Source: Prochlorococcus sp. AG-442-M23 (GTDB taxonomy: Bacteria; Cyanobacteriota; Cyanobacteriia; PCC-6307; Cyanobiaceae). Taken from it: 64,000 nt of DNA. Position 1 is the first letter of the stretch. Each line of letters opens with the position of its first letter. Under the pieces are notes generated by a model. That model made no database searches. It had not been told where the DNA came from and saw only the letters and a list, made by a program, of their open reading frames with translations. This document shows, one piece after another, positions 49,516 through 57,728 of this stretch. The stretch is from positions 3,149 through 67,148 of the forward strand of contig QCPW01000007.1 of assembly GCA_003209655.1 (NCBI GenBank), in the 5' to 3' direction. Position numbers and translations under genes: made by a program.

Positions 49516-49779
49516 ATGAACATACTAATAATTTCAACTTTTAACTGTACATTTGAAGAATTTGAAAATGACGTTAGTAATTTATTTCTTGAAGAAATGT
49601 GCAAAGAGTTTGTCACTGAATATGAGTTTGTTAAAGTCAATGACCATAAATCTCATTTATTAATGAACTGTACTGATTTAGAGCAATTAGGAGTAGTTAT
49701 GAAAGATCCATTAGTTAAGGAGTGGGATAAAAAAAATAATTGTAAGGATATGGTCTATTCGATTGAACTTGTAGGCTAA
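49516..49779 (+). CDS. Hypothetical protein (87 aa)
   Basis: Track ORF. Its TAA overlaps the ATG of the next small ORF (TAATG). Confidence 0.45.
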   Translation: MNILIISTFNCTFEEFENDVSNLFLEEMCKEFVTEYEFVKVNDHKSHLLMNCTDLEQLGVVMKDPLVKEWDKKNNCKDMVYSIELVG

Positions 49780-49895
49780 TGAATATTTCTCCTCACTTAT
49801 TAATAGATGCTGTAATACTAATTGCTGCTCTTACTATAACTCTTTTACTAAGAGCTAAGGGTAACGCAGCTAGAAAAAGAGATAAAAATGATTGA
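49779..49895 (+). CDS. Small TM peptide (38 aa)
   Basis: MNISPHLLIDAVILIAALTITLLLRAKGNAARKRDKND. Its start overlaps the upstream stop, and its own end overlaps the micro-ORF at 49888. Confidence 0.35.
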   Translation: MNISPHLLIDAVILIAALTITLLLRAKGNAARKRDKND

Positions 49896-50187
49896 TATAG
49901 CTTCAGAGAAGTTTATAAGATTGGTTCGATCAACCAACTAAAGCAATAAAAAGGTTCAATAATTTAATTAAATAGTTAATTATTCCTAAAATAACTAAGC
50001 CCTAATAGAGTAGATTGGTCCCTAAAATTGTGATTAAACCTTTTTTTATTAGCTTTACCCAAATAAAAGCCTCTCGATTCATTTCACAAATACCAAATTC
50101 AACAACATAAGAATAGGTACTTTACCTAAAATTTGACTTTACTAGTAAAAGATTGCTAAATGTGCCTTAGATTTTAAAAAATTAACC

Positions 50188-50355
50188 ATGAAAAAAAATT
50201 TTTTATCAAATATTAAAAATTCAGATGCTTTGGAAAGTTTTTTCGAATGCATAACTTCTTGCAGTATCAATAGTGAAGGAGTTGAATGTACAACTGCTTG
50301 TTATGTAAAGCATCTTGAATCAGCTAATATTGATTATCCTTTAAGCTTTTCATAA
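50188..50355 (+). CDS. Twin CX3C small protein (55 aa)
   Basis: FECITSCSINSEGVECTTAC gives C-x3-C-x8-C-x3-C. Paralogue of 32547..32705. Confidence 0.45.
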   Translation: MKKNFLSNIKNSDALESFFECITSCSINSEGVECTTACYVKHLESANIDYPLSFS

Positions 50356-50431
50356 GCAAAATTAAAACCGTTGAAAAAATAAAAAGTATTGATTTAAGGA
50401 GTTCTATATAAAGATCATTTTTTAATTAAAT

Positions 50432-50454
50432 AAAAAAGGGCTTAAAAAAAGCCC
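50432..50454 (-). terminator. Rho-independent terminator downstream of the hli gene at 50478..50606
   Basis: Minus strand reads GGGCTT-TTTTT-AAGCCC followed by T6. Confidence 0.6.
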
Positions 50455-50477
50455 TCAAAAATATCAAAAAGATTTTT

Positions 50478-50606
50478 TTAGAAGATACCTGGAACAATTT
50501 GACCAGTAAAATAGTATGCTCCTACAAGAGCGAACATTCCAAGCATTGCAGCTTTACCGTTGAGCTTTTCAGCTTTTTCGGTCATAATGTTTTTTGCGAA
50601 TTTCAT
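50478..50606 (-). CDS. hli: High-light-inducible protein (42 aa)
   Basis: EKLNGKAAMLGMFALVGAYYFTGQIVPGIF. Below the track cutoff. Confidence 0.85.
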   Translation of the reverse strand: MKFAKNIMTEKAEKLNGKAAMLGMFALVGAYYFTGQIVPGIF

Positions 50607-50752
50607 AATTAAGTGTAATAGATTTATATTTTCAAAATAATTATTTTTAATAGACAATTGATGTAGTATTTCCTACCTAAATAAACTTTTTTTTTAAAAT
50701 TTTATTTTTTATTTATTTTTCATTTTAACTTTTTGGAATTATTTATACAAAG

Positions 50753-51892
50753 TCAACTTTCGATAATACATTCAAATTGCTGAGAAGAGACTGGACATCT
50801 CTTCCATGATGATCTTAAAGCTTTTAGCTTTTTTAAGCTGCAAATAATTGGTTTATTTTCAGTTGATTCTATTAAAGGAAAAAAATGACCAAAAGGAAAA
50901 ATATCAAAGTATTTTATATCTCCAGATAAATCGTAATCGAATATTGTTTGGATATTAGACCAATGATGAGAGCTCCCTTTTGTAAAATATGGTGCAGAAG
51001 AAATTCTGTTAACTATATGTTTATATTTGGAATTCTTATACAAATCAGAATAAATATATTGATTAAAGTGTTCAATACTCATTTCTCCTAGAGAAACATA
51101 ATTACAACACAAATCGAAATTTTTCTTTGACACAACGCTAAACAAATGAGCAGGAATTAAATTTATTTCATTACCCACAATTGATAATTTGTCTGAAGAA
51201 CTATTAATTATATTTATCGATTTACCTTTCAAAACACTTGAAATATAATATGCAGCTAAAGGTATGTTTTCTCCGAGATCAACAAGTGTATAATTTTTTT
51301 TTGGGAGACTTTCAGCCAAAAGGGAAATAAAACCACCATAGCAACCTCCAATATCAATAATTGAATTAATATTTTCTAACTTATTTGACTTAAAGGTGGA
51401 AAATAACCTTTCTCTTAAATATAAATATCTTAACCACCTTAAGTTCCACTTAAATTGAGCATTTGTATTCATAACTGGGGGATTACCAAATTCTTTTATT
51501 GACTCAGTGTAGTTTGAGTAACCAAAATTAGAACGCTCATACTGTGAATAATTCCACTTAATAAAATCTCTTTCTGCATAAGAGAAAGGATGCAAATATT
51601 TACAAATTTTCATAGTAATGTATTTAGTTAGATTATTTAATTTTCGATTGCTCTTTAATTTTCTATATCCATTAATTGCATGCATTTCACCAATAATTGA
51701 GTTACTTTCGGGATGACGAAAATTAGATATAAATTGTTCGCATAAATTTTTATCTTCTAATAATTTCCTTTGGTTAATGATCCTTGTTCTATAGGAAGCC
51801 TCGATATTTGAAAAATAAGAATCACTAGTAAAGTTAAACTCCCCATTTAATAAACTTTCTAATAAAGAGGATTTTGAATTTACTTGAAACAC
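50753..51892 (-). CDS. Putative SAM-dependent (sugar O-)methyltransferase
   Basis: IIDIGGCYGGF motif-I-like segment in the middle of a 379-aa protein, same strand as the AsnB-like gene. The family call is tentative. Confidence 0.5.
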   Translation of the reverse strand: MFQVNSKSSLLESLLNGEFNFTSDSYFSNIEASYRTRIINQRKLLEDKNLCEQFISNFRHPESNSIIGEMHAINGYRKLKSNRKLNNLTKYITMKICKYLHPFSYAERDFIKWNYSQYERSNFGYSNYTESIKEFGNPPVMNTNAQFKWNLRWLRYLYLRERLFSTFKSNKLENINSIIDIGGCYGGFISLLAESLPKKNYTLVDLGENIPLAAYYISSVLKGKSINIINSSSDKLSIVGNEINLIPAHLFSVVSKKNFDLCCNYVSLGEMSIEHFNQYIYSDLYKNSKYKHIVNRISSAPYFTKGSSHHWSNIQTIFDYDLSGDIKYFDIFPFGHFFPLIESTENKPIICSLKKLKALRSSWKRCPVSSQQFECIIES

Positions 51893-52200
51893 AATACAAA
51901 TTTCCCATAAAGATTTTATTTTATAGCTAAAAAAACTTCAAAACATATAAATTTATAGACTGAAATTATGTCTCTTAAACCAGCTCTTTGAAGTAAACCA
52001 AGATTACTATCAGAAGAAAAAGGTTCTAATACACTTTTTAAACTTTTGAGTTTGCAATTATATTTTAAGGGTATAGTCTTTTTTTATTTGTTATTCAGTA
52101 TAGATTTGATTCATGTAATCTTGGAATCTTGCATCAGGAGCGTTATCTCCCTCACAAACTGAAGCTATACTGTTAAATGTTTTTTGAAGATATATGCGGA

Positions 52201-54117
52201 CTAGATTAACTCAAAAAGATAATTTTCAACTTCATTTATACTCATAGATGATTCATACATCATCATGATTAACTCAAAAGAAAGAAAACTATATTTCATT
52301 CTGGTTGAGAAACTAGACTCATATGCATCTATACCTATGAGTTTTGCAATTGATTCTCTAGAGATTCCAAGGAGATTACTCAAATGATGAAATTCGCAAG
52401 ATCTAGTTGCTAAATCTAATTGCTTCTCACAATTAAATGAAGGTCCTTTCTTAGCAAAATTTTGCATTGAGAATCTCCCCTTATATTTCTCTTTGATAAG
52501 TTTTCTTATTAATCTTTTCCCTTTCTTTCTGTGATTAAGGCTAAATGGATTTCCTCTCCTTAACGCAGAAATATTAACAGCGAAAGATACAATCTTTTGG
52601 TCTAGATAAGGTACTCTTAATTCGATCGACTCCATCATGCTAAAACGATCATTCCGCAACAAAAACCTAGGTAATCTAGATGAAATCTCATCTAAAAGAA
52701 AAGAATTAGAATACCTCTCTAAGTTAGAGCTAATAAATGAATAACTTTGCATAGCCCTACTGAAGTTATTATTTAATTGATCTCCTTTTAAGGAGTAAGC
52801 CAATAAAGGTGTAATTGCTGATAACGAAGTAGGTGAATATAGATTGTAATGTTCTAAGAAACCATTAGCAATTGCATCAGTAGAAAATAATTTATCAAAG
52901 ATAAAACTTATTGGTATAAATTTAGAAATTTGATTAATTCTTTGGTTCCAACACATCCCACTAAAGTTACTATATCCACCGAATAATTCATCGGCAGCAC
53001 AGCCTGATAACAATACTTTAATACCATCTAATCTCGATAACTTACATAATTTTGCAAGGATAAGACCTTCCATTTTATTCGGTTCCTCATATGACCATAA
53101 AAGTTTTGGCAGCTGATAAATAGGATTAGGCTCATCTACGTTTAAAGAGACTAAATTTAGATTATTAAAAGATGCTATCTTTTCAGGTGATCCCAATAAA
53201 TTTGTAGAAGATGATGATGCATGGTACAAACTCTTTTGTTTATCGTTACTCAAGTAGGTGGTAATTAAATTAGAGTCAACCCCAGTACTAAATAAAAGTC
53301 CTAATTCTACATCAGAAATACAATGTTTTTTTACTGAGTAATTCATTAAATGATCTAACTCATAAGTTAGATCATTTAATGAATTTTTAGAGTAATAAAT
53401 ATATCTATTTTCATCCACTAATGAACTTGGATGAAAGTATTCATTAACATATTCTATTGATATAGTATCAACATTAATTTCTATGTATGTACCTGGAGGG
53501 ACACTTTTAACACCTTTAAAAATTGAGCCTTCTAAAGGCATGCCAGTAAGAAATAATGATGGATAAGCTTTTTTGAGGTCTACTTTAAGTTTTTGTTTAT
53601 ATGGAATAAAAGCTTTTGCTTCAGAGGCTAAAAGTATAGATTTTTCACCTTCAAAGTTTTCAGTGGTATAAAATAAAGGTTTTTGTCCAAAATGATCACG
53701 ACATAGATATATCTTATTTTTTAATTTATCCCAGAGAGCAAAAGAAAACATACCCTCTATTATTTTAAGTGTCTCTTCTAACCCTTTAAATTTTATGCAT
53801 TCTAAAAGAACTTCTGTATCTCCTGTTGATTTCCATTGGAAAGATTGATTAGATTTATCTAATACTTTTCTGATCTCATTGTAATTATATATTTCTCCAT
53901 TAAAAACAATAATATATCTCTTGCAAGCAGATTCCATAGGCTGATCTCCAGCATCACTAATATCTTGTATTGATAGCCTATTGAATCCCAACTTAACATT
54001 TTTATCTTGATGTATTCCAGAAGAGTCGGGACCTCTATAGCTAATAATATTAAGTGCCTCTTTTAGTTTTTCTACTGAAGTAGAGTAATTTGATATAACT
54101 CCAACAAAGCCACACAT
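52201..54117 (-). CDS. Asparagine synthetase B-like glutamine amidotransferase
   Basis: MCGFVG Ntn nucleophile start, GEIYNY motif, and a degenerate PP-loop (LFSTGVDSN); 638 aa. Confidence 0.88.
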   Translation of the reverse strand: MCGFVGVISNYSTSVEKLKEALNIISYRGPDSSGIHQDKNVKLGFNRLSIQDISDAGDQPMESACKRYIIVFNGEIYNYNEIRKVLDKSNQSFQWKSTGDTEVLLECIKFKGLEETLKIIEGMFSFALWDKLKNKIYLCRDHFGQKPLFYTTENFEGEKSILLASEAKAFIPYKQKLKVDLKKAYPSLFLTGMPLEGSIFKGVKSVPPGTYIEINVDTISIEYVNEYFHPSSLVDENRYIYYSKNSLNDLTYELDHLMNYSVKKHCISDVELGLLFSTGVDSNLITTYLSNDKQKSLYHASSSSTNLLGSPEKIASFNNLNLVSLNVDEPNPIYQLPKLLWSYEEPNKMEGLILAKLCKLSRLDGIKVLLSGCAADELFGGYSNFSGMCWNQRINQISKFIPISFIFDKLFSTDAIANGFLEHYNLYSPTSLSAITPLLAYSLKGDQLNNNFSRAMQSYSFISSNLERYSNSFLLDEISSRLPRFLLRNDRFSMMESIELRVPYLDQKIVSFAVNISALRRGNPFSLNHRKKGKRLIRKLIKEKYKGRFSMQNFAKKGPSFNCEKQLDLATRSCEFHHLSNLLGISRESIAKLIGIDAYESSFSTRMKYSFLSFELIMMMYESSMSINEVENYLFELI

Positions 54118-54308
54118 AAAAAAAGCTTCTAGTAATCAAAAATATTAAAAGTTATCTTCTTAAGAAAATAGCTTTATCTAATATAAACATAACCTTAAAT
54201 GATTATTTTTCCCATCACCTCACGATATTTATAATTTTTTCATTTAGGTCTATTCGATCCGCGACAAAGCTGAAAATGCCTATAAATTTCAATGCATATC
54301 TGAAAAAG

Positions 54309-54341
54309 TTATCCAAACTTTATCCAAACTTTATCCAAACT
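54309..54341. repeat. Perfect tandem 11-nt repeat TTATCCAAACT x3
   Basis: Read directly. It sits in the intergenic region between the AsnB-like gene (about 190 nt away, divergent) and the small-peptide cassette. Confidence 0.9.
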
Positions 54342-54515
54342 TTTTTAAATTAAAAATTAAAACCTTTGAAGATATTTTTCTGGTCTTTATTTTTACTTTG
54401 AGAATTTTTTTTAATCCTTAATCCGTACAATTTTGTTCCTCTAACCGCACACATAAAACTTGAGATTAACTATTCAAATGAATTAGAACATAAGTGTAGT
54501 CAAGAGGTAAGTCTT

Positions 54516-54668
54516 ATGGCACTAAACGACACATTCACTATCCAAGAGATGGACTTGGATACAAAAGATCTTTCATACGATATTAAAACAAAAGAACTTG
54601 AAGCTTACTGGAATAAAGAATGCGAAAAGCGTCCTAGTAATAACCATTGCAAAATTTTTTGCGATTAA
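54516..54668 (+). CDS. C-x8-C-x3-C small protein (50 aa)
   Basis: AAGAGG Shine-Dalgarno. MALNDTFTIQEMDLDTKDLSYDIKTKELEAYWNKECEKRPSNNHCKIFCD. Paralogue at 54870..55016. Confidence 0.45.
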   Translation: MALNDTFTIQEMDLDTKDLSYDIKTKELEAYWNKECEKRPSNNHCKIFCD

Positions 54669-54754
54669 TACTCGAACTTTTTAGGTATTCTTACGCTTGA
54701 TTTTTATACATCATCCGTACTAAAGCATAGTCAGATAGAAAGGAGGGAAAGCTG

Positions 54755-54856
54755 ATGACTAATTTAACTATAGAGATTCTATTTTGGGCAATTTTAGTTT
54801 CTTATCTAGTATTAAGATTTTCTAAAACCTGGGATGGCTTCAAAAAACAGTATTAA
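54755..54856 (+). CDS. 33-aa TM peptide, MTNL family
   Basis: AAGGAGGGA Shine-Dalgarno. MTNLTIEILFWAILVSYLVLRFSKTWDGFKKQY. Paralogue of 40552..40653. Confidence 0.5.
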   Translation: MTNLTIEILFWAILVSYLVLRFSKTWDGFKKQY

Positions 54857-54869
54857 TTAGGAGAGAAAA

Positions 54870-55016
54870 ATGAAACTTCAAACACAATTCACAGTTCCAA
54901 ACAAAGATCTTCGAGATCTTGATTATGTCAATAAAGTAGAAGTTTTAGAAGAAACTTTTAAGAGAGAATGTCAAGATTACTCAACTAAAGAAGATTGTTT
55001 AGTTTTTTGCAACTGA
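54870..55016 (+). CDS. C-x8-C-x3-C small protein (48 aa)
   Basis: AGGAGAG Shine-Dalgarno. MKLQTQFTVPNKDLRDLDYVNKVEVLEETFKRECQDYSTKEDCLVFCN. Confidence 0.45.
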   Translation: MKLQTQFTVPNKDLRDLDYVNKVEVLEETFKRECQDYSTKEDCLVFCN

Positions 55017-55088
55017 CTATTCATTAATCGGTTTTCATAGCTTATAAATTTTAAAAATATTCATAAATTTTTAAGGAGAGGTTTAACC

Positions 55089-55607
55089 ATGAAATTAAAA
55101 TTCTCGCCAACAACTATTTTTAGAGAGACTCCAAAAGTGACATTCTTTGATGCAGGTGTCGAGGAATCAAATGGTTGCGATGTGGTAATTCACTCTGAAG
55201 AAGCTATATCTCCTCCAGATGATTTTAAAGTTGAACAATATTACGTTCACAATCATCAAATTGATCACAACTTAGTTATTACTGGGCAAAGAACATTTGT
55301 TTTAATAAATCCTGCATGGGATGAACCTCATCATGTGATTTATTTAAATAGATCTATGGGAGCATTAGAAATTCCTATTGGAACTTATCACAGATCAATC
55401 TCAGGTAAAGAAGGTAGTATTGTTTTAAATCAACCCACAAGAGATAAATTTTTTGATCCAGCTAAAGAATTTATCCCACAAAAATTAGGCCAAACAAGTT
55501 TAATAAAGGCAAGAAAAACTCCACCTGTTTATTGGGTTTGGGAAAATGATCAAATTAAGAGAGTTGGGTTTAATCCCCTAGAACGAAAAATTAAGACCCT
55601 GGCTTGA
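55089..55607 (+). CDS. Hypothetical protein, possibly cupin-like
   Basis: 172-aa track ORF with a GGAGAGG Shine-Dalgarno. A His-rich beta-type segment (YYVHNHQIDHNLVITG...GTYHRS). The fold call is a guess. Confidence 0.45.
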   Translation: MKLKFSPTTIFRETPKVTFFDAGVEESNGCDVVIHSEEAISPPDDFKVEQYYVHNHQIDHNLVITGQRTFVLINPAWDEPHHVIYLNRSMGALEIPIGTYHRSISGKEGSIVLNQPTRDKFFDPAKEFIPQKLGQTSLIKARKTPPVYWVWENDQIKRVGFNPLERKIKTLA

Positions 55608-55608
55608 T

Positions 55609-55938
55609 ATGAACAAAACACAAAAAGATATTTCAACAAAAATTAATAATTCAAAAAATCTGAATTTAATTATTAATTCTGATACATATAAATTAGCTCA
55701 TGAAGATATTAGTTTTCTGAAAAAGATTGGATTTATGGAATTAAAATTCAGTTGGTATATTTCTAACCAAATGCAAGATTGGATAGTTAGTAGAAAACCT
55801 GACTATCCCAATCTGGCAGAATTTATTGCTTGGGTAGAAGAAAAGTTAAAGAGAGATGGATCGGACTACAAATTAACAAAACAAGATCTTGAAGATATTG
55901 AAACTGCCTATGCATTTCAAACTAGTGACTTAAATTAA
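55609..55938 (+). CDS. Hypothetical protein whose last 26 codons are duplicated at 63567..63644
   Basis: 109-aa track ORF that starts 1 nt after the upstream stop. Confidence 0.5.
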   Translation: MNKTQKDISTKINNSKNLNLIINSDTYKLAHEDISFLKKIGFMELKFSWYISNQMQDWIVSRKPDYPNLAEFIAWVEEKLKRDGSDYKLTKQDLEDIETAYAFQTSDLN

Positions 55939-55953
55939 AATTTTAAAATCCTT
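55859..55953 (+). repeat. Left copy of an approximately 95-nt direct repeat (3' end of 55609..55938)
   Basis: 74 of 80 positions up to the stop codon are identical to 63565..63644 in my manual alignment. Similarity continues about 14 nt past the stop. Confidence 0.85.
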
Positions 55954-56043
55954 ATTTGAAGAGTTTTAAAAAAGTTTTCTAAATTTTTTAAAGTATAATT
56001 TCTTTGGTGTTTCTTTGGAAGAGTTTCACCAGGAGGGGCTAGT

Positions 56044-56065
56044 TTTAGCCCCTTTTATCTCAAAT
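56044..56065 (+). terminator. Rho-independent terminator after the 55089..55938 gene pair
   Basis: GGGGCT-AGTTTT-AGCCCC followed by TTTT. Confidence 0.6.
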
Positions 56066-56128
56066 ATCTTTGATTGATATTCGATCTAAACTGGAGGGAT
56101 AAAACTCTTTTTTAACTTTTTCTTCCTG

Positions 56129-56347
56129 TTATTCTGATTCTTCTTTAACTTCAATTGTATTTACCTCTTCCGCTTTTACTTCCTCTTCTTTAACTTCAAC
56201 AAATTTTACCTTTGGCTCTTCCGCTTTTACTTCAACTAATTTTGATTCTATAGATTCGAACTTTCCTTTAATAAAATTTGCTATGAAAATTAATATTGGA
56301 ACATGGGCTAGACCACCCATTATCACTTTAGTTTCTGAATAATACAT
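56129..56347 (-). CDS. Small membrane-anchored protein with a repetitive Glu/Lys/Val tail
   Basis: One TM helix followed by VEVKAEEPKVKFVEVKEEEVKAEEVNTIEVKEESE. Confidence 0.45.
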   Translation of the reverse strand: MYYSETKVIMGGLAHVPILIFIANFIKGKFESIESKLVEVKAEEPKVKFVEVKEEEVKAEEVNTIEVKEESE

Positions 56348-56603
56348 TTGTAAGTTAATGAGAACTGAAATATTTAAGCATAAATTTAATTTGTATTTAA
56401 TTATATTAAAGTTAATTTATAACAAAAAGTTTGAGTAACACCTACTCAAAGCTTTAAAAATCGATAAGATCCTATGATATGACTGAAGAAAAGTTTTGGA
56501 TAATGAAAAGTGCGCGAGATGCATTTTGCTAGTGATAGCAAGGGTTTTATTTTTAAAAAAATTTCATTCGAACCTCATTCGAACTTTTAAAAGAAATTAA
56601 TCA

Positions 56604-56759
56604 ATTATTTTCTCTTAAATAAATCTTGTATTACATAAATTTCTTCTGCGCTCGGATACTTCTCTTTAAAAATACTTACTGCAGTATTTGGAGATGAAGC
56701 AAACAAATTTACTTTGATTCTATAAGTATCAACTAAACCAGTAATTAAATAATTTTTCA
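56604..56759 (-). CDS. Small ORF (51 aa) downstream of 56816..57253
   Basis: MKNYLITGLVDTYRIKVNLFASSPNTAVSIFKEKYPSAEEIYVIQDLFKRK. Same strand as its upstream neighbour, 56 nt away. Confidence 0.35.
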
Positions 56760-56815
56760 TTACAAATAACTATGTTTACGTAACTAATAAAAGCATTAAT
56801 TTAATTTTGTTTTTT

Positions 56816-57253
56816 TTAAAAACTCTTTTGTGACTCTATCTCATAAAATTTCTCATCTTCTTTGATTAAATACACGCTTATTTTTTTATATACTTTTTTA
56901 TCAAAGTATCCTGTTCTCTTATCTATTGAATAACGAACAGTTGGAATATCTCGAATCCAATTAAAATAATTGATTACTTCTGAATCGATAGAAATATATC
57001 TGTACTCTTTGTAGATATAACTCATCCAATCAAAATGATCGATAGATACTGTTATGTCAAAGACATAACCGTTGTAATCACCTATACACCAGCCTGCTGA
57101 TATAAAGCATCTTACTGGAGGTATTCTTGGAATATTAATCTCTACTGGACTATTTACTATCCAGTTAAAAAAGTTTTTTCCTTCAGGTTCTTTGACAGAA
57201 GAATTGCTGATCCAATTCTCAAATTTTTTTCTCTGTGAAGGACGAACCAACAT
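56816..57253 (-). CDS. Hypothetical protein with three (F/Y)xNWI repeats
   Basis: FENWISNSSVKEP, FFNWIVNSPVEIN and YFNWIRDIPTV. Divergent from the nuclease-helicase operon. Confidence 0.5.
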   Translation of the reverse strand: MLVRPSQRKKFENWISNSSVKEPEGKNFFNWIVNSPVEINIPRIPPVRCFISAGWCIGDYNGYVFDITVSIDHFDWMSYIYKEYRYISIDSEVINYFNWIRDIPTVRYSIDKRTGYFDKKVYKKISVYLIKEDEKFYEIESQKSF

Positions 57254-57386
57254 TAAAAATGTTCAACAACTAATTTTTTTAGATTAATAAAAATAATTTT
57301 TTGGAACACTATATATTTTGATATGCCTGGATAAGGAGTAAAAAAGATTCAAATCGTTTAAATCTGAATAAGTAAATTTTTAAATT

Positions 57387-57728
57387 ATGGATCGAATAAC
57401 TACAATGCCACATAAAATAGAATTGGAATTAAAAGAACTTGTGAATCTTCTTGTAACTCTTGATAAACAACAACTAATTGAAAATTCTATGGAATCTAAA
57501 TTAAGTCAATTAGATTTTGAAAGAATTATCAAAAAATTACTACTTGATTTCGGTTTAAATCTAGTTAAAACTTTTACAAAAAAAAATGGAAGAGAGTTAA
57601 TCACAATCAATATTGTTCCTATAACTACACAAATCGAAAGGGATTTCGAATTGAATATCAAAAGTAATCTCAAAGATGAATTGGAGAAATTTATAAACGA
57701 GAAAACTATGGAGGCAGAATATGATTAA
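57387..57728 (+). CDS. Hypothetical 113-aa protein whose gene overlaps the start of the nuclease-helicase gene
   Basis: Its stop (57726..57728) lies 8 nt inside the next gene. No recognisable motif. Confidence 0.55.
   Translation: MDRITTMPHKIELELKELVNLLVTLDKQQLIENSMESKLSQLDFERIIKKLLLDFGLNLVKTFTKKNGRELITINIVPITTQIERDFELNIKSNLKDELEKFINEKTMEAEYD

Noticed and set aside
52090-52200. Open frame downstream of the AsnB-like gene (…SIASVCEGDNAPDARFQDYMNQIYTE-stop, minus strand)
   Set aside because: It has no start codon and is not in frame with the AsnB-like stop. It may be another gene fragment, but the evidence is too thin to list as a feature.
50753-55016. Lasso-peptide or other RiPP gene cluster (AsnB-like cyclase plus nearby Cys peptides)
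   Set aside because: No transglutaminase-like leader protease or RiPP recognition element protein is present. The peptides also recur elsewhere without the enzyme. I kept the idea only as a low-probability alternative inside a finding.
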